Counted from the stretch's first letter, positions 19,803 through 28,140 are shown. The stretch: 64,000 nt of DNA from an uncultured Candidatus Saccharibacteria bacterium (GCA_964615415.1 CAZTNI010000002.1:104687-168686); one strand, 5' to 3'. The notes: a model not told the origin generated them from the sequence alone. Translations and numbers: made by a program.

Positions 19803-20756
19803 TTACCGGTGCCGTAAGGCTTCCAGGTCATCGAGCATGGGTTGGACAGACGTTTTCCTTGCAGATTCCGTAAGATGCTCAGTCAGCATCTCACCAAACG
19901 CTTGGTGTCCGGGTTGAAGCACTGCAAGTAGCTTGTCGTACGGAATCCAAGCAAGGTGTGCGATATCGTCTGCGGGGCAGGGAGTCCCGGAGACATACGT
20001 TGCCGCGAAGAGAGTACTCATGATGACGTCTCCTGTGCCGCGGTAGCGCCAGTCGTCAACAACGCGCGAGCCTACAAAGCGGATGTTGGCGAGCGTAGGT
20101 AGTGAAGTTTCTTCCCTGGCTTCGCGCAGGGCTGCTTGTTCAAGAGATGCGTCAGTCGTGTCGACAAACCCGCCGATAAAGCGGTACTTGTCGCCGTCAC
20201 TCACCTTTGCCCCGAGCAAGACTTCTTGTCGGGCCGGATTGAGGATGGCGATGTCGACCGCAGGGTAGGGAATAGGAAAGCGATTTTCCTGCGTGTGAAT
20301 CACTCCCCGTCTGAATGCTGCTGAGCGCAAGATGCGTTTTGAAGTTTTGCGGCGATACTCGGTGCCGCTTTGCGCATCAATCTTCGGCACTTCAACGACA
20401 GTGTTTCCTCCACTGTAGTAGGGGATGAACGAGTCTCGAGATCCGTAGAGCACGGCGTTTGCGGCGGGGAACGTTTTCGCGATCAATGCATCGAGATTCT
20501 TACTCCACTCTTCGTTTGAAGGGTGGTCATAGAGTGGGGCAATATGCGCGTGCGGATATGCCGTGCGCACCATTGCTTCGCGCATTACATACGAGAGAGG
20601 ATTCTTCTTGGTGGGGAAGGCCTCGGTCGCGCCGATCAAGATCAACAGCTGGTCGTGGCGTGCAGCAACGTAGTCGAGAAGATAGCGGTGGCCAGCGTGG
20701 AGAGAGGCTACTTGAAAGCGGCCAATTACCACGCCAACGCTGGTTCGTGTGTGCAT
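19803..20756 (-). CDS. nadM: Bifunctional NMN adenylyltransferase / ADP-ribose pyrophosphatase (NadM-Nudix)
   Basis: GRFQ..SLHAGH (HxGH), NPL, SGTEYR; C-terminal Nudix GGFVD....LEQAALREAREET; GGAGA SD before ATG at 20756. Confidence 0.88.
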   Translation of the reverse strand: MHTRTSVGVVIGRFQVASLHAGHRYLLDYVAARHDQLLILIGATEAFPTKKNPLSYVMREAMVRTAYPHAHIAPLYDHPSNEEWSKNLDALIAKTFPAANAVLYGSRDSFIPYYSGGNTVVEVPKIDAQSGTEYRRKTSKRILRSAAFRRGVIHTQENRFPIPYPAVDIAILNPARQEVLLGAKVSDGDKYRFIGGFVDTTDASLEQAALREAREETSLPTLANIRFVGSRVVDDWRYRGTGDVIMSTLFAATYVSGTPCPADDIAHLAWIPYDKLLAVLQPGHQAFGEMLTEHLTESARKTSVQPMLDDLEALRHR

Positions 20757-20797
20757 GTTATTTCTCCATGTTGTTAAAGAACCTCCCGTTCGATTAG

Positions 20798-20818
20798 TTA
20801 GTGTTATTAATACACTAA
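20798..20818. promoter_or_regulatory. NrtR-type operator (box 1) in nadM leader
   Basis: Perfect palindrome arms TTAGTGT-TATTAAT-ACACTAA with GT-N7-AC core. Confidence 0.8.
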
Positions 20819-20861
20819 CATTAGGTAAAAAAATAAGCCTTTTTACCCTATCGTACGAGAC

Positions 20862-20882
20862 TTCGTGTATCTTATACACTAA
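20862..20882. promoter_or_regulatory. NrtR-type operator (box 2) overlapping nadM -10
   Basis: TTCGTGT-ATCTTAT-ACACTAA; overlaps minus-strand TAAGAT, 17 nt from TTGACT (20892-20897). Confidence 0.75.
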
Positions 20883-20950
20883 CAAAACAGAAGTCAAGTC
20901 GCGCTGTGGATAAGAAAAACCCCGGCTTCTGTGAGCCGGGGTGAGTGTCG

Positions 20951-21970
20951 TTACGCGAACTGTTGATTATCGGGACGAAAGAGCTGGGCTTTGTTGAACA
21001 AGGCTACGCCCAGCTCGGTCATTTTCTCGCGTCCATGCAGCACCTTAAGCCATTGCTCCGGAATCCCGCCAATGCCGTAGCGAAGTCCAAGGAGCCCGCC
21101 CGCAATTGCGCCGTAGGTGTCGACGTCGCCGCCCACAGAAATTGCCTTGATGATGCCGTTGGCAAAGCTGGTGGCAGTGACTGTTGCCCATACTGCGACA
21201 CGCAACGAGAGTACCACGTCGCCCTCATGGCCCTGAATGTTGAGGTTGTAGTTGGGGCTGGTAAGGGGAAGAGAGGTGACATATTTGACTGCATCTGCTT
21301 CAAGGTGCGGAACATCTGAGAATTTGCGCGCAAGTCTGCAAGCATCTTCCCATGCATTGCGTGGTTCGATGCCGTAGAGCAGTAGGTTGGCCATGATGCT
21401 GTAGATCGCGCACGAAGCAATTGCGAGACCGTTGCGGTGAGTCACCCACGACTGTTCGGCGCCCAGCACTGCTGCTTGGCGAGCGTCGCCTCTTGCGGCA
21501 AGAGGTGCTGCAATACAGCGCATAAGGCTCCCGTTGCTTGCTGGAGTAGGAATGTTTCCTGCGGCAAACTCCGCGATAGACTCTGCGTGAGTTGCCGGTC
21601 TCAGTGCTGCTCGTAGTGTACTGCCGCTGCCATACGCGACCTTGCCGAGGATGGGCCTGCGGCCATGGATGAACGCACGCAAGTGGTCGTATACGAGAGA
21701 TGCAGAAAAGTCGTCTGCGGCGAGTAGGGCAGAGGCAAGGTAGGCAGCAAGCTCAGAGTCGTCGGTCGGCTGCCCTGCCTCCATGAGAGTCTGGCCCAAC
21801 TTCCCCGGAGGATCGAAGGGTTTGTAGTCATGGAAGACCAATCCGCCACGTGCTATGTCGGCAGCAATGTACGCATCGCTCTTCCATTCGTACGGTGCGC
21901 CGAGTGCGTCACCGCAGGTAGTGCCGACCATGGCACCAACAAAACGATCAAGTGTTTCTTTTTCAAACAC
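20951..21970 (-). CDS. ADP-ribosylglycohydrolase (DraG/ARH family)
   Basis: G...GDALGAPYE, PTDDSE, SNGSLMR, WVTH, GGDVDTYGAIAGGLLG..YG...IP..W. Confidence 0.9.
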   Translation of the reverse strand: MFEKETLDRFVGAMVGTTCGDALGAPYEWKSDAYIAADIARGGLVFHDYKPFDPPGKLGQTLMEAGQPTDDSELAAYLASALLAADDFSASLVYDHLRAFIHGRRPILGKVAYGSGSTLRAALRPATHAESIAEFAAGNIPTPASNGSLMRCIAAPLAARGDARQAAVLGAEQSWVTHRNGLAIASCAIYSIMANLLLYGIEPRNAWEDACRLARKFSDVPHLEADAVKYVTSLPLTSPNYNLNIQGHEGDVVLSLRVAVWATVTATSFANGIIKAISVGGDVDTYGAIAGGLLGLRYGIGGIPEQWLKVLHGREKMTELGVALFNKAQLFRPDNQQFA

Positions 21971-22027
21971 GAATGTTTCCTTTCTTGTTGAGAATAACTT
22001 CCAAACCGACTATAGCAACAGCGCTGA

Positions 22028-22048
22028 AGAGTGTAAAGCAAACACTAA
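22028..22048. promoter_or_regulatory. NrtR-type operator (box 3) overlapping ARH -35
   Basis: AGAGTGT-AAAGCAA-ACACTAA; overlaps minus-strand TTTACA, 17 nt from TGCTATAGT. Confidence 0.7.
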
Positions 22049-22051
22049 TTG

Positions 22052-22750
22052 TTACAGTACTTCTATTTCGTGCACTTTTGGTGAGGTGAACTTATAGAGT
22101 TGTGCGGGGCGGAAGCGGCCGCCAGTGCGCTTGCGAGGGAGTTCAGTCACGATTTTTAATTTGTGAATTTTTTTACGGAAATTTCGCTTGTCGAGGTCAG
22201 CATGCAAAATACTTTCGTACGCTGATTCAAGTTCGGTTAGTGTAAATTCCTCTGGCATAAGTTTACTCATGAGGGTGGTGTAGGTAACGCGCGAGCGAAG
22301 GCGTTTAAGGGCAATGTCGAGCATCTCGTCGTGGTCGTAGGCAAGTGACTTTGCGTCTTGAACGCGCGCCCACCACGCATCTTGAGAATCTCCTTGTTCG
22401 GCGGTCGAAAGAGCGTCCCATGGTATAAACCCGCTGTACGCTACAGCGACAACACGGCCGCGAGGGTCGCGACTTACTTCACTAAAGGTATAGAGTTGCT
22501 CGAGATAAATCTTTTTTGATGAGACTCCCGCTTTTTCTTCAAGCAGGCGCTTCGCTGCTTCTTCAGCAGTTTCTTTCGGGTGGATAAGGCCGCCGGTAAA
22601 TGCAGCAGAGTTGGGGAAGTGGGGAGGGCGATGTACTGAAACAAGACGCACAAGGAGTTCGTTGTCGCGAATAGTAAAAAGCACCACGTCGGATGCGATA
22701 ACTGCAAACCGCAAATGGGCAGGCGCAAGAGAGGTTTTTGCCTTTTTCAT
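22052..22750 (-). CDS. nrtR: NrtR family transcriptional repressor (Nudix + wHTH)
   Basis: YLEQLYTF....RDPRGRVVAVAY, LAYDH, FTLTELESAYE.IL...LDKRNFRKKI, G..RPAQLY. Confidence 0.92.
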   Translation of the reverse strand: MKKAKTSLAPAHLRFAVIASDVVLFTIRDNELLVRLVSVHRPPHFPNSAAFTGGLIHPKETAEEAAKRLLEEKAGVSSKKIYLEQLYTFSEVSRDPRGRVVAVAYSGFIPWDALSTAEQGDSQDAWWARVQDAKSLAYDHDEMLDIALKRLRSRVTYTTLMSKLMPEEFTLTELESAYESILHADLDKRNFRKKIHKLKIVTELPRKRTGGRFRPAQLYKFTSPKVHEIEVL

Positions 22751-22807
22751 ACATGTATTATAGCAGCAGTATAGATATTGTCAAGAGTACACTTATCAAC
22801 ACCTAAG

Positions 22808-22828
22808 TTAGTGTAAACTTGACACAAA
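22808..22828. promoter_or_regulatory. NrtR-type operator (box 4) overlapping -35 of the kinase-vWA-PurA operon promoter
   Basis: TTAGTGT-AAACTTG-ACACAAA; contains TTGACA (22819-22824), 17 nt from TAGAGT. Confidence 0.75.
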
Positions 22829-22860
22829 ACAAGTGCGGGTGTAGAGTCCGATATAGATAG

Positions 22861-22881
22861 TAAGTGTAGCAAATACACTTA
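22861..22881. promoter_or_regulatory. NrtR-type operator (box 5) in leader of the kinase-vWA-PurA operon
   Basis: TAAGTGT-AGCAAAT-ACACTTA, perfect arms. Confidence 0.8.
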
Positions 22882-22926
22882 TAAACAAAGATCTTTCACA
22901 ACAGCAAAAACGCTAGGAGGTGGCGC

Positions 22927-24081
22927 ATGAGTAGCGTCGACGCAGTTGAACAGGTGCTCGCAAAACTCACTACCGCAACCACGTTCGTAGCGGTCTTCGG
23001 ATCGCTCCCAACGGGCGATGTGCGAGAAAAGCGAGGCGCGCTGCGCAAGCAGTTTGCGTACTTGGTTAATCTGGTACATCCAGACCACGTGCCGCCGATT
23101 ATGAAAGATCGTGCAGGCGAAGCGGTGCAACGACTTACCGACCTGCATGCTGCAGCGAAAGTTGCGGTCGATGCGGGAAAGTATGAGGTGCCGTTTGCTG
23201 CTGGGTCGACCGTGTCGCCCAAGTCGGCAGAAGTGGTGCTGCAATCACCGACCGCGACATATCGCCTTTCCGGTAATCCGTACAAGGAAGGAGACTTCTC
23301 GGTACTCTATCGGGGTAGTGTGGTTGGTACTGGACACGACGTGATCATAAAGATCGCCAGTGTTCCCGCACACAACACGTACCTCGAAGCAGAAATCAGA
23401 ACGCTGAAGAAATTCAGTGGCGCTGATCCTGTCTCGCCTGTCGGTAAGATAGGCCGGTTTGTGCCACGAGTGCTCGATACGTTTCTGGTGTCTGACGAAG
23501 ACAACCGGCGTGTGCGAGCAACAGTGCTTCCGTATCTCGATGGCTACGTGGCAGTGAGTGACATCATTGGCGCGTTCCCAAACGGGCTCGACCCACGAGA
23601 CGCTGCATGGATTGCCCGGCGACTGCTTGCACAAGTGCTTGCGGCGCAGGCTATCAAGGTGGTGCATGGGGCGATCGTTCCTGACCACCTGTTGGTGTCA
23701 CTTCATTCGCACGACCCGCTGCATATCGGGTGGGTGCACGCGATCGAGGACCCAGCGACTACCGGCAAGCGCATCACTCAGGTGATCGACCGCTATCGCG
23801 AGTGGTATCCGGAAGAAGTCTTCCACAAGGAAGTGCCTGACTTCCGGACTGACCTCTACATGGCCGGGAAAACTATCATCAAGCTTTTGGGTGGCGACGT
23901 AAGGCGGAATACATTTCCGACAAGCGTTCCCGACCAACTGAAGCGCATCATTCTTCGGTGCGTTGAAACATCTCCCGCGCGCAGGCCAAGTAACGGCATG
24001 CAGTTCCTCGACGAGTTCACAAGCGTCGTCAGGAATGTGTGGGGGAAGGCGTGGCGACCTCTTTCGATGCCGCCACGTTAA
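22927..24081 (+). CDS. J-domain-like (HPD) / Ser-Thr kinase-fold fusion, probable pseudokinase
   Basis: LRKQF..LV..VHPD...A.EA.QRL; GDFSVLY, VIIKIA, LEAE, HGAIVPDH (catalytic-loop position), YPEE, TDLYMAG; AGGAGG SD. Confidence 0.75.
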   Translation: MSSVDAVEQVLAKLTTATTFVAVFGSLPTGDVREKRGALRKQFAYLVNLVHPDHVPPIMKDRAGEAVQRLTDLHAAAKVAVDAGKYEVPFAAGSTVSPKSAEVVLQSPTATYRLSGNPYKEGDFSVLYRGSVVGTGHDVIIKIASVPAHNTYLEAEIRTLKKFSGADPVSPVGKIGRFVPRVLDTFLVSDEDNRRVRATVLPYLDGYVAVSDIIGAFPNGLDPRDAAWIARRLLAQVLAAQAIKVVHGAIVPDHLLVSLHSHDPLHIGWVHAIEDPATTGKRITQVIDRYREWYPEEVFHKEVPDFRTDLYMAGKTIIKLLGGDVRRNTFPTSVPDQLKRIILRCVETSPARRPSNGMQFLDEFTSVVRNVWGKAWRPLSMPPR

Positions 24082-24120
24082 AATCGCTTATGAGCAACCA
24101 GAAGAAAAGGAGTACTCCAC

Positions 24121-25158
24121 ATGGGTGGCGGTACCTTTGATTCAAGTGCCTACCGCGCAGCAGCTGCTGCGCGTGCGAGTGCCGGCGTCGACGACTTCGA
24201 CTATGACCGCAAGGTTAAGTCGGGCGTCGTGTCTGGCATTCATGCAAGCCTCGACCCGAAGACGGTCGCGGGCGCAACCAGTCCTCTCGCGGGAAAGAAT
24301 GTCCGCGAGAGTCGCGACAACGATGAGCATCCGAACTCGATCCCGATCGCTGTCTTCTTCGACGTCACGGGTTCGATGCATCGTGTGCCTGTCGTGCTCC
24401 AGAAGAAGCTCGCGACGCTGATGGACGTGATCATCGCCAAGGCCGGCATCCCCGACCCGCAGGTTCTGGTCGGCGCTATCGGCGACTCGAGTCCGTACTA
24501 CGGGCGTGGTATGACCGACCAGTATCCGTTCCAGGTCGGGCAGTTCGAGTCGGACAACCGCTTCGACGACGCTCTGCGCAACATCATCCTCGAGGGCGGA
24601 GGCGGCGGGCAGGTCATGGAGTCCTATGGACTTGCATACCGCTTCGCCGCTCACCACACGGCAACCGACGCGTGGGACAAGCGCGGCAAGAAGGGCTACC
24701 TCTTCACCATGGGTGACGAGGCCTTCTGGCCCACGATCACTTCTGGCGAGCTGAAGCAGATCTTCGGCGTCGAGGATGCGGCGGATGAATCCGTTGCGGA
24801 TCTCTATGCCAAGGCCTCGGAGCGCTGGGAGATCTACCACATCGCTATCACCGCCGGCACGTCGCACGGCGGCAACACCGCCATCCACGACAAGTGGCGT
24901 GCTCTGCTCGGCGAGCGCTTCATCAAGCTCGACGACGCAGACCTCGTCTGCGAGGTGATCGCCGGTATCGTGCACATGCTCGAAACGGCGAACGACCTCG
25001 ACAAGGTCGTCGGCGACATCGGCCTCTCCGGCCGGGCGGCAACGAGTGTGAAGAACGCACTCGTTCCCGTATCGGGCGGCCGCGTCCCCGGTCACCTCGC
25101 GAAGGGGAATCTCCCCAAGCGGCGTGACAAGGGCGCGGGCGGTGTGAGCGCGATCTAG
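24121..25158 (+). CDS. von Willebrand factor A (vWA) domain protein
   Basis: MIDAS FFDVTGSM, GAIGD, GGGGG..ESY, FTMGDE; AAGGAG SD. Confidence 0.85.
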   Translation: MGGGTFDSSAYRAAAAARASAGVDDFDYDRKVKSGVVSGIHASLDPKTVAGATSPLAGKNVRESRDNDEHPNSIPIAVFFDVTGSMHRVPVVLQKKLATLMDVIIAKAGIPDPQVLVGAIGDSSPYYGRGMTDQYPFQVGQFESDNRFDDALRNIILEGGGGGQVMESYGLAYRFAAHHTATDAWDKRGKKGYLFTMGDEAFWPTITSGELKQIFGVEDAADESVADLYAKASERWEIYHIAITAGTSHGGNTAIHDKWRALLGERFIKLDDADLVCEVIAGIVHMLETANDLDKVVGDIGLSGRAATSVKNALVPVSGGRVPGHLAKGNLPKRRDKGAGGVSAI

Positions 25159-25233
25159 TATCGCCTCTATACACAAACCTATGGCTGGACGGTATACCCG
25201 CCCAGCCATTTTTCTCACCGAAAGGAGAACGAC

Positions 25234-26577
25234 ATGAGTAACAGAAAAGCGACTATCGTCGTCGGACTCGGGTTCGGTGACGAAGGTAAGGGAACAACCG
25301 TCGACTACCTTGCTCGACAGAACGACGTGTCGGCAGTAGTTCGCTTTAACGGCGGCGCACAAGCCGCACATAACGTGGTGACTCCCGATGGGAAGCATCA
25401 TACGTTCCAGCAGTTCGGGAGCGCATCGTTTCTGCCGCGGGTACGCACGCATCACTCTCGTTTTATGGTGCTCGACCCGCTTGCTCTTGCGAACGAGGCG
25501 AAACATCTGGCGGAAATTGGATGCGGCAATGTGTTCGCTCGACTTTCGGTCGACGAACAAGCGCTCGTGGTGTCGCCCTTCCACAAGGCGGCGAATCGCA
25601 TTCGCGAAGTGCTTCGAGCGAAGGGTAAGCATGGCAGTGTTGGTATGGGTGTGGGCGAGACGGTTGGCGACTCGATCGCATTTCCGGAGTACGCACTCCA
25701 TGCACGCGACTTGCGAGACCGTGCAGCAATTCTTTCTCGCTTCAAGTTCTTTCAGAATATGAAGCAAGGAGAATTTCGGGAACATCTCTCCGACCTTGCG
25801 AGTAATCCGCATATACAAGAAGAAGTGAAGATCCTTGCGGATCCGGATATGCCTGCGCTACTCGCCGACTTGTACTACCGGGTAGCCATGCGCTTTCCTA
25901 TCGTCGATGGAAACTACCTTGCGCGACTCGCACGCGAGGGAAGTCTTATCTTCGAAGGGGCGCAGGGAGTACTGCTTGACGAGTGGTATGGGTTCCATCC
26001 CTACACCACCTGGAGCACAACGACGTTTAGAAATGCACTGACTCTCTTGCGAGAAATCGGCTACGAGGGTCATGTGGAAAAGCTCGGTGTGCTCCGTGCG
26101 TACTCGACGCGCCACGGTGCCGGTCCCTTCCCGACGGAAGATCCGAATCTTGGCATGTTGGTGCCGGAGCTGCATAACGGCATTGGGCCGTGGCAGGGCG
26201 GCTTCCGTATCGGCTGGCCGGACCTGGTGCTCGCCCGGTACGCGCTCGCGGTTGCGGGTGGGGCAGACGCACTTGCGATCACGCACCTCGACCGCTTCAT
26301 GCCGCTTACTCGTAAAAAAGTCGCGGTACGCTACCAAGTTCGCGACACGACTGTTGCTACTCTGCAGCCGAAAGAGCACCTTACTGATCTGGTCTACCAA
26401 GAGCAGCTCATGGGGCTCGTATCTCGTGCTACTCCGCAGTATGAAGATATTGCTCCGGGGGAAGCAGCGTACCTACAATTCCTCGAGCGACGGCTCTGCG
26501 TGCCGATCGCGCTTACCTCGCACGGCATGACGTATCTCGATAAACGTTCCCGTTCTATGGTAAGAGCGGCAGCATGA
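25234..26577 (+). CDS. Divergent adenylosuccinate synthetase (PurA-like) paralogue
   Basis: GFGDEGKG, RFNGGAQAAH, FEGAQG.LLD, HPYTTWS, TRHGAGPFPTE, THLD; lacks the GxTTGRxRR aspartate loop. Confidence 0.85.
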   Translation: MSNRKATIVVGLGFGDEGKGTTVDYLARQNDVSAVVRFNGGAQAAHNVVTPDGKHHTFQQFGSASFLPRVRTHHSRFMVLDPLALANEAKHLAEIGCGNVFARLSVDEQALVVSPFHKAANRIREVLRAKGKHGSVGMGVGETVGDSIAFPEYALHARDLRDRAAILSRFKFFQNMKQGEFREHLSDLASNPHIQEEVKILADPDMPALLADLYYRVAMRFPIVDGNYLARLAREGSLIFEGAQGVLLDEWYGFHPYTTWSTTTFRNALTLLREIGYEGHVEKLGVLRAYSTRHGAGPFPTEDPNLGMLVPELHNGIGPWQGGFRIGWPDLVLARYALAVAGGADALAITHLDRFMPLTRKKVAVRYQVRDTTVATLQPKEHLTDLVYQEQLMGLVSRATPQYEDIAPGEAAYLQFLERRLCVPIALTSHGMTYLDKRSRSMVRAAA

Positions 26578-26596
26578 GTTCTTTGTTCTACGTACT

Positions 26597-26627
26597 AAGC
26601 CCTGCTACGCGCAGGGCTTTTCTTTTT
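26597..26627 (+). terminator. Intrinsic terminator; right boundary of NAD island
   Basis: AAGCCCTGC-tacgc-GCAGGGCTT followed by T-tract. Confidence 0.75.
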
Positions 26628-26649
26628 GTATATTTGGTAGGATAGAGGT

Positions 26650-27177
26650 ATGCACACGGAAACTATTGTTCTTGGAGGTGGGTGCTTTTGGTGCACCGAA
26701 GCGGTGTTTACGATGCTGAAGGGTATCGTGTCTGTGCGACCAGGATATGCAGGCGGTCATGTTGCAAACCCAACCTACGAACAAGTTTCAGGAGGTAAGA
26801 CGGGCCACATAGAAGTGATAGAAATTGTGTACGACCCGGACCAACTTTCTTTCGAAGAGATTTTGCAGGTATTTTTTGATACCCACGACCCGACGACACC
26901 CAACCGACAGGGGAACGACGTGGGTCCGCAGTATCACTCGGCTGTTTTTTACACCACTCCTCGGCAGAAAGAAAAAACCGAGCACTACATCATGCTCATA
27001 AAAAATAAATTCACCAAGCCTATCGTTACTACGGTTGCGCCACTTGATACGTTTTATGTGGCCGAGGATTATCATCAGCAATACTACGAGCACCACAAAG
27101 ATGCACCGTACTGCCAAGTCATTATTGATCCGAAGGTAGAGAAAGTGCAGACTAAATTCAAAAATCTACTAAAATAA
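26650..27177 (+). CDS. msrA: Peptide methionine sulfoxide reductase A
   Basis: GGGCFWCTEA, GYAGG, HDPT..NRQGND.G.QY.S, AEDYHQ.YY, PYC. Confidence 0.95.
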   Translation: MHTETIVLGGGCFWCTEAVFTMLKGIVSVRPGYAGGHVANPTYEQVSGGKTGHIEVIEIVYDPDQLSFEEILQVFFDTHDPTTPNRQGNDVGPQYHSAVFYTTPRQKEKTEHYIMLIKNKFTKPIVTTVAPLDTFYVAEDYHQQYYEHHKDAPYCQVIIDPKVEKVQTKFKNLLK

Positions 27178-27570
27178 ATGTCCCAAGACGAATTTGAACA
27201 ACTTGTTGCAGAAGAATTTCCTAAGGCGGTGCCCGAGAAATTTCATAGTGTCATAACGAACGTTGCGTTTTTAATAGAAGACGAACCTTCAGAAGAGGTG
27301 CGCCGCATAGAGGGCTTGGGACCAGAGGAAACCTTGCTTGGCTACTACAAAGGAGTGCCGGTCACTGCGCGTGGCGACGGATACGGCATGGGCGGCACGC
27401 TGCCGGACACTATTACGCTGTACCAACTTCCCATAGAAAAAGTTGCTGCGGAGGAAGGGGTAGAGGTGCGTACTGTCATTCGCGAAACTATTTGGCACGA
27501 AGTGGCACACTACATGGGTATGGATGAGGATGTGGTAAGAAATCGCGAGGCCAAACGTGATAGCATATAA
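27178..27570 (+). CDS. Zincin-like metallopeptidase family protein
   Basis: LLGYYKGVP, PDTITLYQ.PI, WHEVAHY.G. Confidence 0.85.
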   Translation: MSQDEFEQLVAEEFPKAVPEKFHSVITNVAFLIEDEPSEEVRRIEGLGPEETLLGYYKGVPVTARGDGYGMGGTLPDTITLYQLPIEKVAAEEGVEVRTVIRETIWHEVAHYMGMDEDVVRNREAKRDSI

Positions 27571-27573
27571 CGT

Positions 27574-28140
27574 ATGAATAAGACTATTTTCGCAGGAGCA
27601 ATTGCGGCGCTACTTCTTATTGGAGGCGGCTATTGGGTCTGGAGCACTATGGCAGCGAGCGGGCCAGAGCCGGTGACTGAAGTGGAAGACAATGAATACC
27701 ATTCAGCGCAGTACGGCATTTCCTTTACCTACCCGGAGCAGTACACCATGACTGAACATGACGAAGGTACTGGCGAGCGTATGATGCACACGATCGTTCT
27801 TATTAATAAAGAGTATGCAGATGGGGGTGGTATGGAGGGACCTCCGGCGATCGCGGTAACCGTATTCGAAAATCCAGAAAATCTTTCCCTTCAGAATTGG
27901 ATTACGACTACCTCGTATTCAAACTACAAACTCGCAACCGATGAGACGCTCCATGCAACGTCAGTAGGCGGGCAAGCGGCGCTTTCGTATGCACATAGCG
28001 GTCTTTACGAAACTGATGCCGTGGTCGTGATGAATAACGGCCGTGTGTACATGTTTACCGCAGGTTGGTTGACAGTACAGGATGACATTCGCAGCGATCT
28101 TGAGAAGATTCTCTCTAGTGTAGAATTTGTCGCTTCGTAA
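27574..28140 (+). CDS. Membrane-anchored PsbP-like protein
   Basis: N-terminal TM; Y.S..YGISFTYP...; C-terminal KILSSVEF. Confidence 0.65.
   Translation: MNKTIFAGAIAALLLIGGGYWVWSTMAASGPEPVTEVEDNEYHSAQYGISFTYPEQYTMTEHDEGTGERMMHTIVLINKEYADGGGMEGPPAIAVTVFENPENLSLQNWITTTSYSNYKLATDETLHATSVGGQAALSYAHSGLYETDAVVVMNNGRVYMFTAGWLTVQDDIRSDLEKILSSVEFVAS

Noticed and set aside
18362-20756. Prophage-borne NAD reconstitution pathway
   Set aside because: No phage structural, replication or integrase genes in the window. The genes are under a cellular-type NrtR and flanked by typA and msrA.
22003-22017. 15-mer AAACCGACTATAGCA shared with 41120-41134 upstream of the HAD nucleotidase
   Set aside because: It corresponds to an extended -10 plus start region on the minus strand. 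No NrtR palindrome accompanies the second copy, so it is not evidence of regulon membership.
24142-25818. 558-aa minus-strand ORF
   Set aside because: Antisense shadow of the GC-rich vWA and PurA-like genes, with no recognisable motifs.
25234-26577. PurZ (2-aminoadenine, Z-genome) synthesis gene
   Set aside because: It retains GDEGKG with the catalytic Asp (PurZ has Ser there), and no dATPase/MazZ/polymerase or other phage context is adjacent.
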